DNA of 64,000 nt from Macrostomum lignano (taxonomy: Eukaryota), in assembly GCA_002269645.1 (NCBI GenBank), contig NIVC01001089.1, positions 1-64,000 of the forward strand. Reading direction: 5' to 3'. The translations under genes were made by a program, and so were the position numbers. Position 1 is the first letter of the stretch, and every line of letters begins with the position of its first letter. Below the pieces are notes generated by a model, which was not told where the DNA came from, searched no databases, and saw only the letters and a program-made list of their open reading frames with translations. Positions 49,345 to 60,580 of the stretch are shown piece by piece.

Positions 49345-50518
49345 GTGAGCCTTGTCGATTGTTTTGAATGCTTTTGTGCTTATTTATTCTGTTCTGTGCT
49401 TCAACGAGATTATGCAGTGTTACTCCATCATTACTTTAGCTTTAACACCATCGCATCAAATGCAACATTATGGCATCAAATTTAACATCATCGCTTCAAA
49501 TTTAAAATCATCGCATCAATTGTAACATCATCGCATCAAATTCAACATCATCGCATCAAATTTAACATCATCACATCAACTGTAAAATCATCGCATCAAA
49601 TTTAACATCATCGCATCAACTGTAACACCATCGCATCAACTGTAACACCATCGCATCAACTGTAACACCATCGCATCAACTGTAGCATCATCGCATCAAC
49701 ACTGCCACTTTCCACTTGTCTCTCAGATCGTTGAGGAAGATTCCAAAGAGAAGCTCAGCCGAAGCGACAACTCACTCGTAGTGCCATTCTGCGCCGGAAG
49801 TGGCGACGGCGGAAACAATGACGTTAACTTGTCAATCAGAGGCCCAAGAAAGTCGAGCAGCTGGAGCTTCCTCAGCAGCCATCAGCAGCAGCCACCTGAA
49901 CAGCAGCCATCAACGACAACGCCAGAGACACGCAGCCTTCTGGCCGATCCCAGACCAGTAGAAGTCTGCGACAGTTTCAAGCAGGACAACCAGGATGTCG
50001 ATGGCGTCAGTACCGCCACTGTAGTCCACTGCGCCCGTCAGCAACTCGAAGAACGCCGACGGAAGAAGCCGCACATCAAGACGGCAAAAATGTTGGCGGT
50101 AATCACGTGTTTCTACCTACTCTCCTACCTGCCCTTTCTAGTGCTTTTTAACTATCCCGGAATGGGTCTGCCGAAGCGAAACGTGTCGCTTCAGATGCAA
50201 TTTTCCGTTGCTCACGGCGATCAAGACGTGTCGTCACTGTTGCTTGGCAACCAAAGCTACCTGGGCAACTTCAGCCGCGAAGGCGATCGGCTTTCGTCCA
50301 GCGACCCTTTTCAAGGCGGCCAGTTTGTGAACAGCTTCGCTGATGAACAGCAGGCTGACGGTGACACCGAGTCCAGCTGGATTCGCAACCTGGTTCAGGT
50401 GTTTTTCTACTTCTATTTTATTAATCACGGCGTTAATCCCATTATTTACGGCTGCATGAACACCTGTTTTCGGCGTCATATTAGCGGCATGTACGGCAAT
50501 ATGAAGCATCCATGCTGA
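48145..50518 (+). CDS. Class A (rhodopsin-like) orphan GPCR, probably a peptide receptor, 2 exons (48145-49344, 49727-50518), ~663 aa
   Basis: N-terminal sequons NFT/NLT, TM1 GN, TM2 LAVLD, TM3 C...DRF, TM5 FY, TM6 SYLP, TM7 NPIIY plus helix 8 FR. Phase-0 intron AAT|GTGAGC...TCTCAG|ATC joins ORFs 48034 and 49781. Confidence 0.92.
49440..49700. repeat. 20-bp minisatellite CATCGCATCAAATTTAACAT in the GPCR intron
   Basis: Direct inspection. Confidence 0.9.
49727..50518 (+). CDS. GPCR exon 2 (rest of ICL3, TM6, long ECL3, TM7, short tail)
   Basis: Pyrimidine tract plus CAG at 49726; KTAKML, SYLP, NPIIY; TGA at 50516-50518. Confidence 0.9.
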   Translation: MVEEDSKEKLSRSDNSLVVPFCAGSGDGGNNDVNLSIRGPRKSSSWSFLSSHQQQPPEQQPSTTTPETRSLLADPRPVEVCDSFKQDNQDVDGVSTATVVHCARQQLEERRRKKPHIKTAKMLAVITCFYLLSYLPFLVLFNYPGMGLPKRNVSLQMQFSVAHGDQDVSSLLLGNQSYLGNFSREGDRLSSSDPFQGGQFVNSFADEQQADGDTESSWIRNLVQVFFYFYFINHGVNPIIYGCMNTCFRRHISGMYGNMKHPC

Positions 50519-50679
50519 AGTTACTATACGAGCCGTAGATCAGCTACTGATATGGTTGCTGAGTTTATTTTATTTGTATGGAACTGAGAACTAGCTAATT
50601 GTCATTTTTCACTAGTTCGCTCGGTCTCTCGTTCATTTACGAGCCTAGCATCTGAGAAACAACCATTCCATGTAACACG

Positions 50680-50925
50680 CTAAATCCGATAGGCCACCAT
50701 CAGTTAATCCGATAGGCCACCATCAGTTAATCCGATAGGCCACCATCAGTTAATCCGATAGGCCACCATCAGTTAATCCGATAGGCCACCATCAGCTAAT
50801 CCGATAGGCCACCATCAGTTAATCCGATAGGCCACCATCAGCTAATCCGATAGTCTACCATCAGTTAATCCGATAGGCCACCATAAGTTAATCCGATAGG
50901 CCACCATCAGGTTATCCGTAAGGTC
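50680..50925. repeat. 23-bp minisatellite TAATCCGATAGGCCACCATCAGT downstream of the GPCR stop
   Basis: About 10 copies, direct inspection. Confidence 0.9.
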
Positions 50926-51899
50926 ACCATCTCTAGATCTGATGAGACATGGTCATTCAATAACTATGTCAGTTAAATTCAGTCACAGGTACTCGTAATT
51001 TATCACTGTTTTTTTATTTGAAACCGTAATTTTAATTGTGTTTTGCAGCTGTTTATAATTTTGTTTTGAAACCGATAATTTGAAACAATTAGATCTGTTT
51101 ACGTCATTCTTTTAGAGCTGCAGTATTCTGTTTCGTAATATCCTATAATACCTATATACTAAAATCATATCTATAATTTTTTGCTTCAGGACGTTAACCA
51201 GTTGAATTTTTGAAAAATGTTTTAAGTCATAAAGACCCATTTCACACTACTACCCAATGAGTAGTAAAATTTTATGTACATTCTCATATAGCTTCGACGT
51301 TATAAAAAGAATCACAAAATTTAGTGGTTTTGTGTCAGTGTAAATTCTATTTAAGCAGCTATTGTTGTCTCTTTTTATGTCTTTGCTGTGATTTGCGTCT
51401 TGGCAACTGTCTATTAACGTAGCAAATTGTCTTTTTTTTTCTTTTTGTTCAAATGAAGAAAAATTTTTCTCGTCTAAGGTTGATTTACAATTTTCAAGTT
51501 ATCGTTATTGTTTCTTGTTTGCTTTCTGTCGAAAAGTAATTAGCTAAAAAAATAAATAAAATCATTGAACTGCTTGTTCTTTTACTTTTTATGATTATTC
51601 TCTCAGCTAAGATTTACCTTTGGCATTATTTTAAAAAACATCCGGCTTTCCTATTATCTTATTTATCTATTTAAATGGCTTGCTTAATAATAACTATTGT
51701 TCCTCATCTTATGTATTTATATGATGAAACAAGCTCGAATTATCAAAAATAACCTAATATTTAACTACGTGACGTGGTATTGAACTTTTTTCAATTTACT
51801 GTTTTCTCGTATAATTGAACAATATAAAATTTTCTCTGGCTACCGTTTAAATATGTATTTTTCGTTTTTCTTCGTTCCTTTTTGCACTTGCTTCTTAGT

Positions 51900-51973
51900 T
51901 AGATTAGCTAGTTCTTTAATTAGTTAGTTAGTCAGTTACTTAGTGAGTTAGTTGGTTAGTGAGTGAGTGAGTC

Positions 51974-52015
<42 letters not shown>

Positions 52016-52016
52016 C

Positions 52017-52072
<56 letters not shown>

Positions 52073-52081
52073 CAGTTAGTC

Positions 52082-52112
<31 letters not shown>

Positions 52113-52113
52113 C

Positions 52114-52152
<39 letters not shown>

Positions 52153-52153
52153 C

Positions 52154-52223
<70 letters not shown>

Positions 52224-52224
52224 C

Positions 52225-52284
<60 letters not shown>

Positions 52285-52301
52285 CAGTTAGTTAGTTAGT
52301 C

Positions 52302-52380
<79 letters not shown>

Positions 52381-52381
52381 C

Positions 52382-52424
<43 letters not shown>

Positions 52425-52425
52425 C

Positions 52426-52456
<31 letters not shown>

Positions 52457-52457
52457 C

Positions 52458-52504
<47 letters not shown>

Positions 52505-52650
52505 CAGTTAGTTAGTTAGTTCGTTAGTTAGTTAGTTTTAGTTAGTTTTAGTTTGTTAGTTAGTTAGCTAGTTAGTTTGTTCATTCGTTGCATGTAGTAA
52601 GTTAGTTGTTAGTTGTTTGATTGATTGTTTGTTTGTTTGTTTGTCTTGTT
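51900..52650. repeat. (TTAG)n microsatellite between the convergent GPCR and KCNH 3' ends
   Basis: Direct inspection; not TTAGG or TTAGGG. Confidence 0.97.
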
Positions 52651-53546
52651 TGTTTGTTTGCTGGATACCGTAAACGAGCAGAAGAAAATAAAGTCTGACT
52701 TTGCGCTCTTGCTGTCTTCCATTATCTTCTGTCATCAAAAGAAACAAAACGGGAATAATTATGGATTGAGAAGTGTATATTTTTTTTTACTAAATATATG
52801 CGTATGAGTGCAAATTTGTGTACACGTTCGCGAATTGAGAGAATTGTGCTGGGAGCTATTTGCAACAAGTATACAAAGACAGCGATAAGCTTGGCAAAAA
52901 ATAGTTACCGCAGTGATGATGGGGTAGCAGAGTGCTACTGCAGCGTGTAGATAGTTCACGTGACGCAAAAACGACTGTGATTATAAAATCTTGTTTTCAT
53001 GTAAGTGAAATTAATTATGAGTTGTTAAAAGCAGAGAGAACCATATTAGTAGTTCAAGTAATGGGGCGGGCGCATTTTTTTTCTTGGAAATCCGCCATTA
53101 AAATGTCGCATGTGATTTATGTTGATAAGTTAAATCTCAATTTGATTAATTACTTTCTGCAAAAGTAAGACACAGAATGGCCCACCGTCAACAGTTCTTA
53201 GTACAAAAGCGAATACAACTATCGTATTAATATTCTAACAAAGTGTTCCGAAAATTCCAGTAAACAAAATCAAAAGATTATCACAAAGAAGATCCAATAG
53301 AGTCTATGCTTTGATGAAAATTATCGACATTGGAAAACTATACTTCTTCTAAAAGCAATATATGCTACACAATTATCTCAAAAAAACTTCTCTCGACAAT
53401 ACAGAGGGCACAGCTCTAAGGACGCCAGTGTTGGAAAAATAACGAGAACATAAGTTACTTACTTCAGTCTTATTTAATGAAAATCAATTGGTAATCGTTC
53501 TAGAGTAGCTAGCTAGTCCTTGAGCAAGTTTAAAGCTAACTCAGCC

Positions 53547-53790
53547 TCACTCCTGTAGGCCGCCCTGCTCTCGAATCCTGGCCGTGTGCAAGTCGATGGC
53601 CTCGAACACTTCCGTAGCTGTGCGGAGCAGCTTCGGGCCGCTGCGTTTTGGCGATCGTTTTGGCAGCAACGGCGCGCTCTGCTGCCGGCTGAAACTGCCG
53701 CGTTTGAGTTGCACTTTGGGCCGTTCGCCTAGCAGCTGCATGATGCCGTCAACTGTGCTGAACAGCTTGCGTTCGAATACCTCCATGCGG
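53547..53790 (-). CDS. KCNH2: KCNH C-terminal exon ([20 protein letters not shown]...)
   Basis: TTGTAG acceptor; resembles the hERG coiled coil RLETRLSADMATVLQLL. Ends at TGA 53549-53547, or splices at an overlapping GA|GTGAGG donor. Confidence 0.75.
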
Positions 53791-56700
53791 CTACAATGGG
53801 TTTTTGCGCGTCCAGGTTTTTCGTATATTTTTGTTAGAATAGCTTGGAACAAAAACGAATTTCTCGATTTTATTACGTAAGAACGTATTTTTCGTATTGC
53901 CGGTGCATTTAGTACTAATTGGCTCTAATAGAGAACCCATAGCTCTAAATGGGGTTTCGACATTGACAAATTCGCAGTCGAAAAATCATAATAAATGCAC
54001 TAGCGATGATAGAACAAAGATACATTCCTTTTAACGGCCCCTAGCTCATCCTTGTCAAGGGTCAGTTGTCGATGCCCAGGACCTTACCTGTAAAAACACA
54101 AGTTCTAAGTTCTCAAAAGTTCACATGCGTTCGTAATGAGTATCGAAAAATTAAAACCACTGGTTTTTCTGGTGCGAAACATCTTCCAGACATAGACGAT
54201 TAGCGTAATAAAATAGTAGCTGTCACGACAAAGACCCATCACAATCAAACAGTATCGCTTAGTGCCTTCCAATATACTAAAGTCGATTAATAGCTTGTCG
54301 TAAAGTTTCAATCCATGAGACAAAGAATCAATGGTAGCAGATGCTCAAAAACATGCACTTTTATGAGTACCGAGAAACTTGTAACCTATCAAAATTCCGA
54401 TTTGTGATATTCTATGTGTATGTTTGTCCCTAAACTGTTCTCTCAACAACTTACGTGTTCAGATTGTCCACCCGATGCGTGATGTGCTCAACGGACCGGT
54501 CGCCGCCTCCGACGCCGCCACCAGCGCTGCCCGAATGTCCGGCCCCCTTCCACTTGGACAGGCTGACGGCCAGGGCGCTGAAGCTTTTCTGCAAGTGCGC
54601 CGAACTGCTGCTGGCGTTCAAATAGGCGCTGCTGACCTCAGAGACTTGACGAGTAACGGCGGGCGTGTCTGTCGTAAATTTGAAAAAAATGATTTTCTAG
54701 ACTTACACCAACGGCTCGTGCAGGGGGCAGAGCAGCTCAGTGGGCAAACCGTCTACTGACTCTCGGGCAACGGCCACTTTTTCATTGGGGGCTTGTGCAC
54801 GAAAAACTGGCCAGTAGGGGGGTTGTCGTGCAATTCACTCCCGCGAGGGCCACCCTCAAGGCACAGACAGTGTACATGCCTGGCGATTAGAAGGCCAGGG
54901 CCGCTTTACACCCTGTGATCGTGTGTGAGTGCGAGTGCGAGTGGAACGAGATGTCACCCGAAGACGTTGCGTCAGGGTGCTCACAACTCTCTGGTATTTA
55001 TCTAAAACTGTTCATATTTGGCAACAAAGACTCACTTGGCGCGGACGACGCGTTACTTCTAGACTTTGTCTGCAGAAGCGGCTTTTTCTGTCGAATAAAC
55101 CTCAAGGTCTCGTCGTCCATTGAGCAGGCCAGTGCCTGCTGGTCGGACTCGGTCAGGTTGAAAGTGACCTTGAAGTTCTGCTTAAATATCGGCGCCCATT
55201 CGTTGTAGACGTTTAAAATCTCTTTGAGATCTCCGACGCTGATCTTGTTGAGATCGACGTAGCTTAACGCTCTGCACGTGTACATCGACTGTCCAACGTG
55301 CCCCTGCACCGCCCGTATCGCTTCGTCGCCAAAGATGTCGTCGCGGCCTAGCACGGCCATCACTGTGTCATCCTTGGAGATTTCCACTGAGCCGCGAACC
55401 ACGAAGTAGATGTTCTCTAGGATGTCACCCGGATGTACAAGAGTGTCACCTGCGATCGAGGCGAGACGTTGCCTTGTTGATGAAAATAAATAACAATGAA
55501 AACTCTACTTTAAGTAGCAATGTTTGAATTTAAAGTCAAAAACATACCAGGCGGAACGTGTGTTGTATGAAACTTCATGCTAAACGCTCTCAGACAGCCA
55601 GGACTCGCGCCCTTGAACGCCGGACAATTGTTCAGCAGATTTCGGTTCATGTGCAAGCAAATGTCAGCCTGTAGGCATTCTGGGAAAGTTTTCAGCACAA
55701 CATTTGTGTCCAAACCGTTGGTGTAGGTCCAGGAATTCTGCAGTTTTTTGTTTCAGATGTAGATCATGAGACAATTAATTATTTGGTTACAATGATACCT
55801 AACGTTTAGAGCTCCATAACAAAATGGCAACTACAGTTACCTGAAAGCTCTCCTGCAGCCTGTGCGCCAGATTCTTTGGTATCTTGTGAAACTTGATAAA
55901 CTCCTTGATGCTTGTCTTCTTCTCGTGGAACTCCTCCGAGCCCTGGTAAATTCGCAGCATGATGCTGCTGACGTTGCCGAATATTGCTGCGGACATCAGC
56001 GAGCCGATCAGCATGCCCAGAATTGTGAAGATCTTCTCGGCGTTCGTGTTCGGACTCACATTGCCGAAACCGATGCTGGTTAGACAGGTGAAAGTGAAGT
56101 ACAACGCCGTGATGTACTTGCTCTGGATGTCTGGACCGCCAGTCACTATGCCGGTTGTGGAGTTTTCTATAAACGGCTTGTTGAACGTCTTTGCCAGATG
56201 ATCTAACCAGCCAACCTAAGGGGGTGTTGGACAGTAGTTCGTAGGACATAATGGTTTCAAAAACTGAACACGCATTTAAACTTGAAATGGTAGTTAGACT
56301 ACTTCTGTCATGCAGACTTTTATGTGTTCGGCAACCCTCCACTATCAATTTGTGTCTGTTGATAGCCTACTAACGAGTAGTAAGAAAAGAATGCAATGCG
56401 AATCTGTAACAGATTCTGGAAGACGAGAAGTTATAATAGTTACAAAGACACTTTAAAGTATCACTTTGAATCAAGTACATAGCACGTTGGCATAGACGAG
56501 GTAGAGGGCAAGGAGGTCCATGCCCCCCATTTCCTCGAAAGGTACATGGCGCCTCTTTCTCAGCAGCTTTGGCGTCCCTACTTTGAGCACAATACGTATT
56601 ATTAAACATTCCAAGCCACTAATACAGCTAGCTCACCTTTGCTGGCAAGCCGTCCCGTTCAACATAGGCGATCGCGTAGAAGATGCAGGCAAACCAGTGC

Positions 56701-59700
56701 GCCACCAGGGTGAACGTGGCCATCAGCAGCAGCATGACGGCGGCTCCGTACTCGCTGTACTGATCAATTCGGCGAGCAACTCGGAGTAGGCGAAGCAAGC
56801 GGGCAGTTTTGAGCACCCCAGTGATGGTCATGGTGTCCGCGGCGCCGCCGCTCCCGAACAGAAGCAGGTCGAACGGGATTGCCGCGATTGCGTCAAGTAG
56901 AAACCAGCCTGCACAATGTTGTTTGAGGAAAGTTACGGAAAGGTCTGGGGATTTGTTTGTTTAAGCGCGGTTTAAAAATTCTGAGTAGCTTTATTTTTGT
57001 TTCTTTTTTGCACAGAGGCGACGCAGAGGCGACAGTCGAACGCCAGCGAGGTGTCAACCACTCACTACTTCAAATAAGATCGTGTTTAATAACTATGAGG
57101 AAAGGCATATTTTAATCAGCCCTTGCACCTGTTCATTCGCTAAAGGAATCCAATATGTAAACATTTTTTCTAGCTTGCATCGTGGCAATTGATCTCAGCA
57201 GATGTTTTCAATCGACGTAGTTAGCTAAAAAATTCATAGAAAAAATCGCAATCTAATGCATGCATTGATAACCGAGTGTCACGCATCTTGAGCTGTTCTC
57301 ATTTTGGGATACTGATTAAGCCTTTAATTGCGTTTATCGCTTGCTCTTGGCTCTGTCTTTGCTAGACTATATGGCATACATTTCAATTAGCTGTTGTTTC
57401 GCCTCAGGCAGAGGGAAAATTGCTTCAATTTGCTTCTCTTTTGCGTGACAAAAATTTGAATGAGCAGCCTTCAGTCAGGGCAAACAGGTTTGGAAGATCA
57501 ATAGCAGACAGTCTCTAATGACCATCTATGCAAAAGTATCGGAAATTGCATCGAGATTAAAAAATATTCAGTTTAGTTCCCAATTCTCGTATTTTTTCTC
57601 TGTGGTGTTTTAGTTTTTTTCTTGATGTTGATGCTACCATGACCCTCTGCTCACTTCAGGATGCTCCTTGAGCCATTCCCAGTAAAGCATATCGCTTCTT
57701 TGGGGCGTTCAACGATGCTACTCATCTACGTTGCCTCCCACACACCTCCTGCATCCTGCTATCCTCCTGCAACCCGATCCTGCGCCTGTAGCCAGCCAAC
57801 TTCAACGAGTGCCCCGTTCTCATTCCGAATTCCTCAGTCTCATTTTCTCATCTCCTAAGGCCCTTCCAGATCCTGTTATATACCTGTGATAGTCAGCGAG
57901 TTTCTCCCTCGACAAAAAACAGCCTGTGCATTAATTTTCCGCTTTTGTTGTCTGTCGCCAGAACCGCCTTCCTCCATCCACCTTTCCCTGTTACCGACCA
58001 GCCACTCCACTTGCTCTGCTTATCGCGTACCGCGGTGCCCGTTGCAATGCTTCATCCATAACAGTGCTGTAGTTGGCGTAGCACTAAGCGAGAATCTACC
58101 CGAGACAGTTTCAGATGAATTTACCTGGTAAAACGCGTTTAACCGTAAATTCGGCAAGGGTTCGGGTTAGGAAGTAAATCAATTGTCATTTAGCTTGGGA
58201 CGATGTCGCCGAAGGCATTGCTCGAGGAGTGCCCACAGCCCTTGTGCAATTAATTTTTGTTATAAATGTATTCTACCTAGAGAGCAGAATCTCAACTTTC
58301 TCAGCGAAGTAGCTAACCGAATAAATAATTGAAGAGATCCCCTGGAGTTGATTGAGAAGCAAAGAAAAAATATCTGAAGAAGTTAGAAAACAAGCCTGCC
58401 TGCCCACAGGGCGAGCTGGGAGAAACTTTCGGAGCGTGTCAATTAAGCCAGCGCGAGCTTCAGCTCTTAATTTGAGATCGGGAATCGCCGGGCTAGGCTT
58501 ATACAAACAAGCGCCGGCCTCACCCTGCTCCGTGACCCGATACTAATCCTTAGGCGAAAAAGATCGACTTCCTCAAAGCGCTGAGATCTCGGAGTGCGAG
58601 CGTGTGCGTTCCAGCTTGATGCTCTTAAGGCCATCTTTGCAGCGGCCATTTCACTGTAATTGACTTCTTTTACGGACTTTTACCCCAGGCTACATGCATG
58701 TACACAGTATCTCAAATACTTTGTTGACGTTAAAATAGGCATCTTGCTTAAGCTTAGTTTCATGGACAGCTGAAGTACAAAGACGCGACAATAGAATTTC
58801 TTAGAAATGAGCTGGACTCCGGTTGCTATTGCTATAGAGAAATCAGATTTTCTCGACAGAATTCGTCTATGGCAAAAACCCCATTCAGCACTATACGTTC
58901 TCTAATGCACACTAAGTGCACTATCGATGTGAAATATATCGTTCTTTATTAGCCTGCAGCTCCCTTCGTACTTCATTTGTCAATGCTTAACAAAGCATCT
59001 GACGACGTCGTAAATTTTAGTTTTAATTAGGCACCGAGGTGATAATTGAACGACATAAATGACTATCATACCTTTCATATAGTTGAGCGCAATCTTCTGC
59101 GGATCGCTGATCACTTCGCCGTTGTGCACGTAGGTGGTGCGAAAGTTGATTAAAATATCAGCTATGAAGGTGACGTCAACAATCAGATCGATTATCACCA
59201 GGGGGTCGGGGTGGTTGGACTGCGATGCGCTCGACCTGGTCTTTGAGTCCTGAGGAGCGAGTTGAAAATATTAATTTATAAAAAAGTCGCTAGAACTTAA
59301 ATTCCCTTTGCATCTCTCAGTCATTCTCAGGCTCCCAACCTCATTAAGCTTCATCTTGGTCTTGTCCTCATTGAGCAGAAATGCGGCAGTGTAGGGCGTG
59401 AAAACCGCGGTGTACAGCACCAGCATCAGGATGACCCAGTCCCACACAGCTTTGAATGGCGAGTAGTGCAGGATGACGAATCTGAAATTGAATTGGCGGG
59501 CTAAATTGTAACAAATCTATTTACGCTCGTATAGCTTATAAATTCAACACAATATAGCAAATGGACCCTTCAGGGGCGTCAGTGTGTATGAGAAGAATCT
59601 CTTTCCTGTACAACTTTGCTTTGCTTGAATTTGTCAGTGCTTCCGGCGGATCAATTGTGCCGCTGTTCGAACGACAACTCCCGCCCCATTTCCCAGTGCC

Positions 59701-60534
59701 GATGCGTGTTAATCCGTCTTTCCTTCTGGGTGAGGATTAGCACGATTAACGCGCACGTCCCGCTTCAATCACGAAAATGAACAACTCTTCTCATTTCTGT
59801 CTCTGCGCCTTCGCCTAGTTTGCTTGTCATTATCGATGCGAGCTGTTATATTTAGGATAGAGGCTGTTGGATCGATTCTGGGCGCAAATTTGAAGCACGC
59901 TTTTAAATCACCATCACTGTATTATAAGTGTATACAAATGTGTACAAATCGTTAGTCAATGGCCTAATGGGCACGTGTGCAACCGACAGCTCAGCCGCAG
60001 CTATTGCGCGGCGCATCTGAAGGCAGCGTACGACTGTTCAGTCCAAGGACTGGGGGGTCGCCACACACACCCTCAATTACCCCCCAAGCTAATGCTGGCA
60101 CCCATTTTACAGCTGGGTGAACTGAAGCAATGCAGAATTGAAGTGTCTTGCTCAAAGACACAAATTGTTCCGAGAAGGATCGGGAATCGAACTCCCGACC
60201 TTCAAGTCGTGAGTCCGACGCTCTAGCCACTAGGCTACAAACTCCTTAGAGCTTGGAAGTGTGTAAGTTCAGCTTTTTAAGGGTAAAGAATCCCCAGCAT
60301 TTTAATGGTTCAATATTGAAATTTTACACGAGATTGTGAATAGGGAACTCACTTTGGGAAAGTTTGTCTGGCCTGGTACTGCGCCTGAGCCAGCACATTC
60401 TCCTGGTCCTCCATCTCCATCTGCGAGCCGGGGCCGCCACCAGACAGAGGCTCGACTTCGCTTTGCTCAGCCGAGTAATCTGAGGATTCGCTGCCAGCTT
60501 CTTCTTCAAGAATCTGCTGTTGCTGTTGCTGTTG

Positions 60535-60580
<46 letters not shown>

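Noticed and set aside
57661-58649. Short ORFs (60-81 aa) inside the 2.1-kb KCNH intron
   Set aside because: No recognisable motifs and no consistent splice sites or phases; possibly decayed repeats.
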